The notes beneath the pieces are model-generated. The model was given only the letters and a program-made list of their open reading frames with translations. It was not told where the DNA came from and ran no database searches. From Styela clava (lineage: Eukaryota), in assembly GCF_964204865.1 (NCBI RefSeq), contig NC_135253.1:16306001-16370000 (forward strand): a stretch of DNA of 64,000 nt, in the 5' to 3' direction. Shown piece by piece: positions 10,262 through 23,995 of this stretch (the first letter of the stretch is position 1; every line of letters starts with the position of its first letter). The translations under genes and the position numbers were made by a program.

Positions 10262-13200
10262 CAATGCTGATACTTTTTTATCCAAATTTTCAGCAAGCTT
10301 GTCCATAAATTCAAAGGTGTTCAAGTAGTCGGATCTTGTAACGCTATATAAAAGAAATTTCAATAAATTATTCCGTAAAAGTAGCTCCAGTGGTTGAGTG
10401 GTAAATAGGCAATGTAGGCATAAAATAAAAATCATATTGAGAGTGAGCACAAAACAGTTTGATACAGAATAACACCATTTAATCAAATTTACCAATTAGC
10501 GATTCAAATTTACTTAAGTAACATGTTTGGCCGAAAAAGAAGAAAAATAATAAATATGATCGAAGCCCCCAAAAACTTATTCATTTATATGAGATGTCAA
10601 CTAAAGACTTATCAAGGTTTTCAAATTTGAACCATCAAAATGCCATGTTATAATTCAGCCTTCATCTTTAAACTCACATGAAAATGAATTTTGTAAATAA
10701 AATTTTGCAGTGTTTAAGCCTACTCTGATAGATAGACTGTTAGAAAAGTTTAAAAATTTTGTCTGAAATGCTGACTCTATGTTCCGTGGAAAAACAAGAT
10801 GCCAGCTTCAACCATTGGGAAAATAAGACTGGGTTTAGACGCCTTCTTCAGTGAATACATGTCTATCTCCATGATCCTTCTCCGACAGAAGAATCAAAAT
10901 CATATCCTACCTCCCACCTACCCAGTCAGGTTCACGCTGTGTGATTCACAATTATTTCCAAAACCTTCAATTTCGTAATTAACTCACTTTGAAATTCCTT
11001 TGATGCAACCAGCTAAATCCTTGGTCATAAATCCAGCCTCAATAGTCTCTATACATGTTGTTTCCAATGATTTTGCAAATTTTTCCAAAGCTTCATTCTT
11101 ATCTAGTTTTGCTCTATGTGACAGACCACGGGTCCATGCGAATATGGATGCTAAACAAAAGTGTTCAGTATGTTATTCTGAAAATCTATAACTATAATGA
11201 TGAACAACAATTTGCTGTTATTTAGGGCTGGTAATACAGAAATATATTGCTGCCTATCAAAGCAAAAACACATATGAAAAGTTATATAATTCACTCACAG
11301 ACTACTAATTTGTATTTATTCATTATGAAAATAGGTACTCCCGTAGTATGTGTACCGGATTAGGGTTAGGCCATAATTTTATTCTGTTTCCATTATTTTA
11401 GTTCTATTACGAGTTTGGGGACTGCCTGTGTTAACCAAGTGAATATACCCCCGCCCATAGGATTCAGTCCCTTCACACAACTTGATGTTAAGTAAGCGAA
11501 CAAAATTTGCTACCTCCATATTGGTACACACACTTCCGAAGTGCCTGAAAATAACTTTCTTAAGATTGCATTTGCAAAAGCTGATGCCACACACTAGAAT
11601 ATAGGTTTCTCCAATACAGTAGGAGCTTTTACCTATTGGGTTTGTTGAAGTTTCTTTTCCTTGTTGGTGTTGTCTGTAATGCCTTGTCACAGTGCCATGA
11701 GCTGCCTCCGCTTCGACAGTTTTACCATCAGGGCAAATTAATACAGAAGTCATCATTCCAAGAGAACCATACCCTATGAAAATAATACAATTTAGACTTC
11801 AAAACCATAATATAGCATTGAATTTGAAGACACATTATCAAATCACAGTAAGACTAGAAAACTGACGAGGCATCTTGATCAGGAAATCGTGAACCCACTG
11901 AGAGGGTTAGAGACCTGCTCCCAGAGGGTATGAGAACTCGGAATTTGGGTGAGTCTGGTTAAGCAATCATAAATAAGAAAAAGCATTCACTATGCTTCAA
12001 TTTTAACAAAGACACTGCATATATTTATGTACTACTGTAATTTACTTTTGCATCATTTGCAAATACTCATCCGATTTTTAGTGTTGTTTTATTTTAGTGT
12101 CAGATACACAAAAAAATTGAAAATACTGTAATAAATTTGCTATCAAGTATACAAAGAATATTATTTTTTGCGATTTTAGAAAAAGATGAAAAAGAGAAAG
12201 TCAGGATTCACTTGAATAGACCAGGCAACAGAAGTGTAATAATTTAATTAAAAAAAACATACTGGTATTCCTTTAATAAAGAGTTATTCTTTTTCAAGGC
12301 ATCTTTAATAGGTGGTAAATTGTCTGTAATGAGATCGCTTTCTCGATAAAAAATAAATAAAACAAGATCCAACAACAACAACTTACCTTGTGCCACAGAA
12401 TCTGATTGTACATCACCATCATAATTTTTACAAGCCCAAACAAATCCTCCTTCAGACTTCATGGCTTGTGCAACCATGTCATCAATCAGACGATGTTCGT
12501 ACCAGACATTCAAAGCTTCAAATTTGGATTTGTAATCTCTGTAAATATAAAAATCATGAAGTGCTTTTGTTCCATAGAACACAATAAATGAGTCCTTCAG
12601 TGTGTATTCATAGTTTAGTGGAATTATATATAAAATTGACTAATGAATATTCTTTCCCGCGAACTAGACCAAAGTGACCAGCACAGCATTATTAAATCAA
12701 CTTCGATGCGTCCAACATACGATAATAGAAAAATATGAATTGTAAGTCTGACATTAGGATTCTAAAGTATTTTTTGGCATGCATCAAGTGTTTAAGCGAA
12801 CAAATTAGTGAATTAAAGAGCATGAGATAAAAATGTGTTCAATGGTTTAAAATAATTTTCGGGAGAATTTACATTGAAAAATGGATTGGAGTACTGGGAC
12901 GACATAATCAGTCTGAGACAGTAAGAGGCAAATATCTTTAAAGTTACATAAAGCAGCAAATTTAGGAAAACCTGATACTTTCATATTTATATGCTTGAAT
13001 TAAAGAAAATTTTCATACTAGATGAACAGAGGAAATTATAGAAATGATAAACACACCTTTCATATATTTCCTGAAAAATATCTTTGAATCTCCCGTCATA
13101 TTTTTTCAAAATAGTATTCTTGGTACTGAGATATAGAGGCCATTTCTTATCCAGTGCATAGTTGAAGCAGCAGTGAGCAAAATCTCCAATGGATTTATCA

Positions 13201-16200
13201 GTATTGTACATTGCCATAGCAACTCCACCAGTACCTGTGTATAAAGTAAACAAAAAGAATTAATTAACTGAAAATTATGCACCGTTAATTAACTAACACC
13301 ATTAATCATGAAAGATAAAAGACCCTAATTAAGCTCAATAATACACTATTGAACAACATTCTTTTGTGCTATTAGTACATTAATTAAACTTTAAATAATG
13401 ATAATTCAATATAGTTTGTGAAATTAATAGTTAACTATCTGAATATCAAAGAGCCAATTCCCCAAATACCTCTATTCGAGGATATAACAAAAAATAAATT
13501 GAATGAACTGTATTTCACTATCAAGCACGTAAATTCATATATAACGAGTTATATATCACACAATATCATAATGCCATTCAAGTGTTGAAATGATAATGAA
13601 CCTGGAAGGTTAGCAAGTGTCCCAGCAGGGCTGTGGGTTAGGTTGCCAGGGCCACCGACACCCCAGGTATATGGTGAGATGAAGCTTCTTTCATGATTAT
13701 TCCATGATCGGTGCTTTTTACCGGTATGTCTTTTTTCAGACCCTTCAACTGATCACCCACCTCGTTTTAAACATGATGATTACCAACATCGCACGCTTAC
13801 GTCACACCACCCGGACTGGCCCAGTTTGACACAGTATTTTTCTGATGGCAAAGTTATTGAAACTTACTAACAATCATTCTGGTCCAAATTCAACCAAACC
13901 TTGCCATTATCCATAAAATTAACTGTACAAACAACTATCAATTGTCCCATTACCTTCAAATTGGAAGACTTCATATTCTTGAACTTTGTCACCATTCTCC
14001 GGTGTGAATTTGATAGTCAATTTCCCAGGTCCAGGAACAACAAAATCTGTAGCTTTATACTGAAATAATAAAAAAAATTATTTTCCATCACTTCAATTTT
14101 AATAAATTATAAATTGCTCATTCAAATCCTAACAAACCTGGTCACCATATGCATGTCTGCCAATAATAATTGGTTTCTTCCATGTTGTCACTAGACGCGG
14201 AATATTGCTGCAAATAATTGCTTCACGAAAGACAGTTCCACCAAGGATATTTCTGCAGAAAGATGAAAAATTCAAATATATTGATATAACATACAATGTA
14301 TTTGATCCATCCAACAGAAAAATTACACGATCCACTTGTATAATAAACAAGAGAGCGATGGTCAAATACTTGGACACGAAGGCCAAAACGAGGTAGTAGC
14401 CTATGGGTAGCCTATGCAATCTGTCAGAGTAGACAACCAGAACTACAGCCTTCAGCCGATCACCAGATAGCGCGAACGCGGAACCACCAGAAGGTGAACC
14501 ATTTTTGACGACTTCGCACATACAAAACAAATCTCATAAAGCCCACAGAAAGTTTTCAAAGAAATAAAATAATAGCCTTGTAGCGAAAAATACAATGTTT
14601 AACCACTGAAAATTTCGAAGCAATTGGTCCAGTAGGCCTAGTTGAAGAGAAAAGAGATATTTTCACAAGAAGAAGAAAACTAAAAAGAAATACCAACAAG
14701 ATGAAGAACAACATAATAAAAAATCAATCCATAGGTCCACTACGTGTCCAATAATAGATAAAACAGGGTGCAACTATAGCTCGAGGTCTACCGCAAAAAG
14801 TCGCCTACCGAAATGCAGTTTGAGATCAATCACATTAGGGTTAGGGTCAGATCCATGCCATACATCACTAAATTAAATGTAAAGGAAGAAGCGATATCCA
14901 TTAGGGATGAAAAAAAATGCAGTGCAAGACCTTGTGATAGTTGGAGGTAGATCTGACACTATGGTAGAACCTAAAACATTTCTTGTAAAATTCTTGTTAA
15001 CCAGTGTCATTTACTTGTAATACAACACTGCACTGTTACAAATTACATTTGGTATATATATAATTTCACAGAGCATATGAAACTACCAAAATTAGCAATC
15101 AATGATATTGATCTATAATAAATTATGTGTTTTAAAGCAAGTGATGTATATGAAGTGAGTGTTCCAATACCTGATTGTTCCATTTGGTGATCTCCACATT
15201 TTCTTCAACTTGAATTCTTCAACCCTATTCTCATCAGGAGTAATAGTTGCACATTTGATTCCAACATTATATTTCTTGATGGCTTCAGCAGCATCCACTG
15301 TTACTTTGTCATCTGTTTTGTCTCTGTATTCGATTCCCAAATCATAACTGAAGAGCAAAATAATGAATGAATATGTGTTAAAATGTGGGTCTGGTATAGT
15401 AGAGTACCACAGATACGACCAGCGGGCGTGGCTTATTAATTTTTGCTTATGTCATTCCTAACCCCCATCTGACTTACCCCAAAGTGTTTTCTAAAGAGTA
15501 TAAATAGAATAAGGTATAAATAGTATTTTATAATAATAATGTTCCAATCTACAACTGAGAATACTGGATTAAATTTAAAAAAAAAAAGAAACAAAACATG
15601 ATTAAGTAAACTTTTTCTGTGGTGTTAACTAGGCAAGTGCAGTTTTAAGTATTCTGTGGCATCTGCAGCTGCCGCAAAACCATGGCGGTATTTCCATACC
15701 ATGGCCGCTACGGCCAAACTCATGGCAACTGACTTTTTAGCTGCCACAAACCAATGTCGAGCTGCCGTTACCGCGGCAGCAAATTGAAAACCAATGGCAG
15801 GTAAAATTTTGCTGCCGTAACCGCGGCAGGTGGGCCGTAAAGACAGGGCTGTCTATTATTGTGACAAATATTGGGTAAGTTGGAACGTTTTTTTTATGGA
15901 TACAGTTTTGATTGATTTGGGGTTAGGGTTAGGGTTTAAGTAGATATAATTCCACATGATCAAATAAAATCTGGTACATTAATTTGTGAATATACCGTTA
16001 ATACTGATTACTGAATAGCGCTATAAAACCATGGCAAGAGCTGCCGCGGTTCGTTCGTGGCAGGAGCTGCCATGAAGTGGTAAGAACTGCGCCTCTAACT
16101 AGGAGTAAGTTAAAATTTATTGTGTTCATTACAATATAAAGCAGTTGATATATGAAATAGCTACTATAAAAACATTATCTTCATAGAATCAGAAGTATAT

Positions 16201-16509
16201 ATTATTAAAAGATAAGAAAGCCAAAGAATGATAAATGAGCTAGTAAAAAGTGTAAGCACAATTTTGCAAATGAAAAGGAATGGCATTAAAAAAGAATCAT
16301 TGTTATCTGAGGAACATGGAAACATAGAAATTTGTACAATTTAAAAATTGAGTCAAGCGCAACAAACAGAAGAATAAAAGATTGATTTACCATTTAATAT
16401 CAAGATCAACATATTTTAAAATGAGTTTTTCTTTGATTAATTCCCAGATAATTCTAGTCATTTCATCTCCAAGCACTTCCACAACAGTTCCACCTTGAAT
16501 TTTTCCCAT
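10259..16509 (-). CDS. IDH1: Cytosolic NADP-dependent isocitrate dehydrogenase, 9 coding exons, 411 aa
   Basis: Exons 16509-16391, 15347-15171, 14252-14138, 14059-13954, 13234-13057, 12538-12387, 11773-11633, 11150-10988, 10343-10259; all GT-AG, phases consistent, 1236 nt. Motifs [56 protein letters not shown]. No N-terminal presequence. Confidence 0.97.
14369..14754. mobile_element. Dispersed non-autonomous repeat family, Helentron/DINE-1-like or MITE (copy in an IDH1 intron)
   Basis: Ends ttggacacg ... cgtgtccaataa; core aaatttc(g/a)aagcaattggtccagta and an (aac/aag)n tract. Other copies at about 37044-37230 (partial), 39366-39610, 40708-41198, 46620-46950, 47970-48340 and 63724-63941. Confidence 0.75.
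15634..16095. mobile_element. MITE-like element in an IDH1 intron
   Basis: 8-bp direct repeat TAACTAGG at 15626-15633 and 16096-16103; degenerate TIR (gcagttt/aactgc); many subterminal ctgccg/catggc motifs. Confidence 0.5.
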
Positions 16510-16974
16510 GGTTGAGGATTAAAATATAATGATAGAATACAATATACAGCAAAAGAGATACAGTACCTAATAACCTATTCCCTACGAACAAATGAGGAAT
16601 AATTATTGGTTGAAATTGAAGTTTAATTGAATTAGATTTGGGTATGATACCGGTACTGTAATACTACAACTTTCACACTACACTATTCATAAATCTAAAA
16701 ATACCAATTAAAATAAGAATACCAATTAGAAGATTAGTGTGACCTGAACATTCGCCGGTTGCACCGTAATATTTCACACTATTGCTGAATTCCCATATGG
16801 TTGATTTTCCACACTTGATGCCAATCAATTCCCCTCCACGCCTTTCCGTCCTCGCAATCAATTCAAATTTCCGGACAACACTAAAAGGCTGAAGGAAGAA
16901 ACGGATGAAGTGGAGGGAAAACGGAAGTTGAAGTGTTCCCAAAGGTGAAAAATTAAAAAACACTAAAAGGCTGA

Positions 16975-17700
16975 ACACTAAAAGGAAGAAGTGGATGAAA
17001 TTTCTTCCGACGGGTAGTTAGGTGGCTGAAGTCACTAAAAAGCTGAACACTAAAAGGAGGAGGTGGATGAAATATTTTCCGACGAATAATGAGGTGGTTG
17101 AAGTCACTAAAAAGCTGAACACTAAAAGGAAGAAGTGGATGAAATTTCTTCCGACGAATAATATGGTGGTTGAAGTCACTAAAAAGCTGAACACTAAAAA
17201 GAAGAAGTGGATGAAATTTCTTCCGACGAATAATGAGGTGGTTGAAGTCACTAAAAAGCTGAACACTAAAAGGAAGAAGTGGATGAAATTTCTTCCGACG
17301 GGTAGTTAGGTGGCTGAAGTCACTAAAAAGCTGAACACTAAAAGGAAGAGGTGGATGAAATATTTTCCGACGAATAATGAGGTGGTTGAAGTCACTAAAA
17401 AGCTGAACGGTAAAAGGAAGAAGTGGATGAAATTTCTTCCGACGAATAATGAGGTGGTTGAAGTCACTAATAAGCTGAACACTAAAAGGAAGAAATGGAT
17501 GAAATTTCTTCCGACGGATAATGAGGTGGCGGAGGTCACTGAAAAGCTGAACACTAACAGAAAGAAGTGGATGGAATTTCTTCCGACGGGTGGTGAGGTG
17601 GCTGAGGTCACTAAAAATCTAATCACTATAAGGAAGAAGTACGTTAGGGTTAGATGATATTTTGTCCTATCAATTTTGAGGTGGTTGAAGTCACTAAAAT
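16975..17700 (+). repeat. Left-arm 72-bp tandem array (about 9 units, degenerating inward)
   Basis: Unit ccgacgaataatgaggtggttgaagtcactaaaaagctgaacactaaaaggaagaagtggatgaaatttctt. Confidence 0.95.
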
Positions 17701-18338
17701 ACCGAACATTGGGAGAGTTAAATAGCCAAAACATATCCCGACGGAAGTGAGATTGGATGAAGACCCTGAAAGCGGACTGATGAGTAGGCATGCCCCTTTT
17801 AGATTTATGAATTGAATCGATTCAAATCGCAATTTTTTTCGAATCTGATTTACGCGATTCGAAAGAAAGAGAGCCGTTTAGCGAAGAAAAACAAACACTC
17901 CAAATAACACCAATTGCCAGACGGGAATGTAAATGAATTTTTCGTTATTTACTTTTATTGATCTGCCTTCATTCATTTTCATGTTCAGCGCAACACACCC
18001 TGATCATCACTCGAGATGCTGACGTGCTGTGTGGGTAATTAATTTCCTTCAATCTGTCAGTTGAGTGACTGACCTAAGTTTCTATCACACGCAAATTTAA
18101 ATGGATCGTATACCCGAAAGTTCATTGCAATTTTGTTAAAAATATGCAACAGCACACCTTCTCTGCGACTAAGTTATGGTACGCCTTGACATGATTTGAT
18201 AAACGATCAGATACCGACTTCTAGAAAACATTTAATTTTGATTGAAATTTAATTTAAACTTCGTTGAAATTGAAATATTGGTACTACTGAAGTATGCGCA
18301 CCAAGATGTCGCACAACCTGATCCCTAACCTCGTACAC

Positions 18339-20132
18339 CAGTGATTTTCAACCTTTTTTGTATCGCGGAACACTTTTTTTATTCTAAAATTGTGACGGAA
18401 CACCAAATGAGATTTTTGGAAATAAACTATATTATGCAATTAACTGACATCGATCATTTCGGAAAAAAATAAATTAACGAGATTTAATATTAGCATGTCA
18501 ACTTCAGCTGGAAAAGACGTTACACATATTCCGATTCAGAGCTACCGATGAGCTAGGAACAGAAATGGTATTTTAATGTAATATCTGGGCCTGTTTCGAT
18601 GAGTTTCAATTTTTTATTCTGGCTGGAATTTAATTGAGAGAGACAAACACGCAGCTCTTTCTCGACGACTCTCAATTTTTCGTGTTTTTATACTCTTATG
18701 GCGGCCAAGAAAAGGGTGGGCAAAATCGAATATTTTTTTCGAATCAAATAATTCGAATATTCTTAACAAATACCGAATAGTCCAATACCGAATATTTTTT
18801 ATACGCAACAGGGTCCAGAACGTCGGAGGTAGATTTGGAAATTAATAGAAACATTGAAAATCGGCAACAAAGCGATTTTTACTGGTTAATTTCGTCATAT
18901 GCGCTGATATTTTGTCCCCCTGAACGTTTTTAAATTCCCGCCATTTGTTCTTTTGCGCAACTATTAATTCCCGTGGGTCGGCGGAGATCGAAGTTTCATA
19001 TTATTGATATAACTATGAGTTCACATCAGCGACAGATTTTAATGACATTAAGGAGTGATTTCAGAGCCAAATTAATTGTATTCTGATATTTATCTTTTGC
19101 GCCGACTCTGATCTAACTTATCGCCGTTTGCAAATTAAATGTCCCAGTTTTAAGCAAATTATATTATCATTATCGTCAACGGGATGCACACATTTATTAT
19201 TAAGACGACAATTGACTTTCTTAGGCTCAGTGTTATTTTCGAAATAAATCAATTTGATACTGTGATTAGATAAATCTGTGAAGCTGTGATTGCGTGAATA
19301 AAGAATGTTGATTTAAAATCTGAAATAAAGGCATTTCTACGTTGTCGTTTGGCAGCACTCTTGAACGATATTTTACATACGCGACCTGATACCAAAAAAA
19401 TTGTAAACAATTTTGTGCCCAAGTGCTTTTCGTACCTAGTACCTAATTAATCACCTCAAGTCACCATTTATTTTACAACAAATCAATACCCCGACCAATA
19501 TCATAGCTAATATCGTTACCGGGAAATTCATAATTTTATTTACGGAATTTGCAAATTCAACACTCCAAAAAAAACGTCTTTGTAACTCTTAATTTCCGAA
19601 AATGATTTTCTATTCGGGTCATGCATGCGGAGGCTAATAACATCTTTAAAATCTGGTAACTTTATTTTAGATATCTCATTTGGGTTGACGTTTCTACATT
19701 TACGGACTAGTGCCGGCACGCTTTTTGCATAATAACAGTGGAAGCCGAGGGTGAATTCTCGCGTAATCCAAGCGATCGATTTACCGGCGTGAATTCCGTG
19801 CCCAAGCAAAGCGGTACAGATTATGTGGTATTGTACATACGAATAGTAAAATGGCATTCGAATATTTTAATATTGTATTCGCTATTCGAATATTTTGCAC
19901 AGCCCTAGACCGGCCATGCTTAAAAACTCATTTCGCAAAGATAGGTAGTGGAAAATGATAGCAAGATTGGAAGCGGTTGTGAACCGCGCTTTGTGAAATT
20001 TATATAAATCCATCGGACGGTTAAATATCAGTTATGACGTCATAATACTGCAAAAAAGCAATTTTCTGCGGAACACCCGGAGGTCTCTCGCGGAACACCG
20101 GTGTTCCGCGGAACACCGGTTGAAAATCAATG
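18339..20132. mobile_element. hAT-like non-autonomous element nested in the Foldback loop, itself containing a TAGGG-ended hAT element (about 18712-19907)
   Basis: TIRs cagtgattttcaacc / ggttgaaaatcaatg; repeated gcggaacac motifs at both ends. The flanks do not form a clean TSD. Confidence 0.65.
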
Positions 20133-20140
20133 ATCTATAG

Positions 20141-20480
20141 CAGTGGCCGGCAACCTTTTTTCAGTAACGGACCGGTAAAGCCTGACCAAAATTTTGGCGG
20201 ACCACCTTTATACAAACGAACTAATCTAATGTAATAAATAATATGCGTTAGAAAATGTATGTTGACAATACATTCAAAAACGAAGGTGATACTATTCACG
20301 TAACGTATTTCTTACGTTAAACCCACTTCGATCTTTCGTTTTTGTAATTGCCATTTTAAAACCCAACCTCACATGAAGATAACAATGGCATTGTACGTTT
20401 TCATGTCACCTTTCTGCGGACCGGTAGTGACCTTTCCGCAGACCGGCGATGGGCCGCGGCCCGGTGGTTGCCGACTACTG
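20141..20480. mobile_element. hAT (Buster-type) MITE nested in the Foldback loop
   Basis: TIRs cagtggccggcaacc / ggttgccgactactg; TSD ATCTATAG at 20133-20140 and 20481-20488. Confidence 0.88.
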
Positions 20481-21504
20481 ATCTATAGTATATGAAGGAA
20501 TTTGCATACAATAAACAATGGAATAACTGTTATCTACAACATGACTATATTACCATGCATTTCATGTTTGCAGATTACTGCGATATATTTTTATATACCA
20601 TGAGTTACGTTATCAGAATTAAATTAATACGGCAAGCATTTAAAATAGTGCTATCGGTCATAGATTTGAACATTTTGCGCAACACAAAATCATCCTAGTA
20701 AAAGTCCATACTTTTAAATACCAACCATTATCCAAATTATTTGCCAAAAAGCGGGATAAAGTATAAATTATATATCTGACTTGCGACAATTTTTTCGTGA
20801 GTACGTAAATACGAATGGATTTTTTTTATATTCGGGCACTTCAATGTCCGCATATATATCTTTTATTATTTTATAAATACGAAAATATGTATCAAGAATT
20901 AATTATAATCGGGCAGTTTACCACACATTTTAAGTCCATGGATCGCCGTTGTATTTTGTAAATACGAAAATAGGAATCAAAAATTAATAATAATTGCCGT
21001 GATATTTGCCGTGATTAATAATAGATTGCCGTGATATTGTGCCCGAATATAATTTATTTTTGATTCCGTATTTCATTCCTTGAACTTAATATCTGTTTTT
21101 ATAAATTTTGCAAGCAGTTCACGCACGAAGACTTTGAATAATGATGTATTAGTCAAATCGAAGTCCTGTTAGACCACTGGTTCTCAACCAATGGGCCATG
21201 GGCCACTGGTAAGCCTCAGAGGCATTTTGAGGTGGGCCACAAACATATTATAAATTACAAGGTTTGTTGATCTAGAACAGCTAGATATGAAAATATATAT
21301 ATATTAATTTGTTTGCACATTACATCAGAATTAAAAAGAATATAACGAGAATGGCATGGCCTTCAATTCGCCAGGCTCGAACTGAGCATAACATATAAAA
21401 AATTAACAAAAAACGAATCCACGAGGACATTGTCTCATAAATACGAACAGAACAAACATTAAATTACCCAATTCCTAATATATTAAATTTTCAAGTATTC
21501 CTCA

Positions 21505-23995
21505 CTAACCATCGGAAGAAATTTCATCCACTTCTTCCTTTTAGTGTTCATCTTTTTAGTGACTTCAACCACCTCATTATTCGCCGGAAGAAATTTCATT
21601 CACTTCTTCCTTTTACTGTTCATCTTTTTAGTGACTTCAACCACCTCATTATTCGTCGGAAGAAACTTTATTCACTTCTTCCTTTTAGTGTACAGTTTTT
21701 AGTGACTTCAACCACCTCATTATTCGTCGGAATTTTTTTTATCCACTTCTCCCTTTTAGTGTTCAGCTTTTTAGTGACTTCAACCACCTCATTATTCGTC
21801 GGAAGAAATTTCATCCACTTCTTCCTTTTAGTGTTCAGCTTTTTAGTGACTTCAACCACCTCATTATTCGTCGGAAGAAATTTCATCCACTTCTTCCTTT
21901 TAGTGTTCAGCTTTTTAGTGACTTTAACCACCTCATTATTCGTCGGAAGAAATTTCATCCACTTCTTCCTTTTAGTGTTCAGCTTTTTAGTGACTTCAAC
22001 CACCTCATTATTCGTCGGAAGAAATTTCATCCACTTCTTCCTTTTAGTGTTCAGCTTTTTAGTGACTTCAACCACATCATTATTCGTCGGAAGAAATTTC
22101 ATCCACTTCTTCCTTTTAGTGTTCAGCTTTTTAGTGACTTCAACCACCTCATTATTCGTCGGAAAAAATTTCATCCACTTCTTCCTTTTAGTGTTCAGCT
22201 TTTTAGTGACTTCAACCACCTCATTATTCGTCGGAAGAAATTTCATCCACTTCTTCCTTTTAGTGTTCAGCTTTTTAGTGACTTCAACCACCTCATTATT
22301 CGTCGGAAAAAATTTCATCCACCTATTCTTTTTAGTGTTCAGCTTTTTAGTGACTTCAACCACCTCATTATTCGTCGGAAGAAATTTCATCCACTTCTTC
22401 CTTTTAGTGTTCAGCTTTTTAGTGACTTCAACCACCTCATTATTCGTCGGAAGAAATTTCATCCACTTCTTCCTTTTAGTGTTCAGTTTTTAGTGACTTT
22501 AACCACCTCATTATTCGTCGGAAGAAATTTCATCCACTTCTTCCTTTTAGTGTTCAGCTTTTTAGTGACTTCAACCACCTCATTATTCGTCGGAAGAAAT
22601 TTCATCCACTTCTTCCTTTTAGTGTTCAGCTTTTTAGTGACTTCAACCACATCATTATTCGTCGGAAGAAATTTCATCCACTTCTTCCTTTTAGTGTTCA
22701 GCTTTTTAGTGACTTCAACCACCTCATTATTCGTCGGAAAAAATTTCATCCACTTCTTCCTTTTAGTGTTCAGCTTTTTAGTGACTTCAACCACCTCATT
22801 ATTCGTCGGAAGAAATTTCATCCACTTCTTCCTTTTAGTGTTCAGCTTTTTAGTGACTTTAACCACCTCATTATTCGTCGGAAGAAATTTCATCCACTTC
22901 TTCCTTTTAGTGTTCAGCTTTTTAGTGACTTCAACCACCTCATTATTCGTCGGAAGAAATTTCATCCACTTCTTCCTTTTAGTGTTCAGCTTTTTAGTGA
23001 CTTCAACCACCTCATTATTCGTCGGAAAAAATTTCATCCACCTATTCTTTTTAGTGTTCAGCTTTTTAGTGACTTCAACCACCTCATTATTCGTCGGAAG
23101 AAATTTCATCCACTTCTTCCTTTTAGTGTTCAGCTTTTTAGTGACTTCAACCACATCATTATTCGTCGGAAGAAATTTCATCCACTTCTCCCTTTTAGTG
23201 TTCAGCTTTTTAGTGACTTCAACCACCTCATTATTCGTCGGAAAAAATTTCATCCTCTTCTTCCTTTTAGTGTTCAGCTTTTTAGTGACTTCAACCACCT
23301 CATTATTCGTCGGAAGAAATTTCATCCACTTCTTCCTTTTAGTGTTCAGCTTTTTAGTGACTTTAACCACCTCATTATTCGTCGGAAGAAATTTCATCCA
23401 CTTCTTCCTTTTAGTGTTCAGCTTTTTAGTGACTTCAACCACCTCATTATTCGTCGGAAGAAATTTCATCCACTTCTTCCTTTTAGTGTTCAGCTTTTTA
23501 GTGACTTCAACCACCTCATTATTCGTCGGAAGAAATTTCATCCACTTCTTCCTTTTAGTGTTCAGCTTTTTAGTGACTTCAACCACCTCATTATTCGTCG
23601 GAAAAAATTTCATCCACTTCTTCCTTTTAGTGTTCAGCTTTTTAGTGACTTCAACCACCTCATTATTCGTCGGAAGAAATTTCATCCACTTCTTCCTTTT
23701 AGTGTTCAGCTTTTTAGTGACTTCAACCACCTCATTATTCGTCGGAAGAAATTTCATCCACTTCTTCCTTTTAGTGTTCAGCTTTTTAGTGACTTCAACC
23801 ACCTCATTATTCGTCGGAAGAAATTTCATCCACTTCTTCTTTTTAGTGTTCAGCTTTTTAGTGACTTCAACCACCTCATTATTCGTCGGAAGAAATTTCA
23901 TCCACTTCTTCCTTTTAGTGTTCAGCTTTTTAGTGACTTCAACCACCTCATTATTCGTCGGAAGAAATTTCATCCACTTCTTCCTTTTAGTGTTC
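21505..23995 (-). repeat. Right-arm 72-bp tandem array (about 34-35 highly homogeneous units), inverted relative to the left arm
   Basis: Reverse complement of the left-arm unit; a 1-bp deletion near 22487 shifts the reading frames. Confidence 0.97.

Noticed and set aside
15919-15937. TTAGGG telomere-like repeats (also near 14835 and 11361)
   Set aside because: Only two or three units, mostly embedded in dispersed repeats; not a telomeric array.
21505-23995. CRISPR-like appearance of the regular array
   Set aside because: Units are contiguous near-identical repeats with no unique spacers, there are no cas genes, and the context is eukaryotic.
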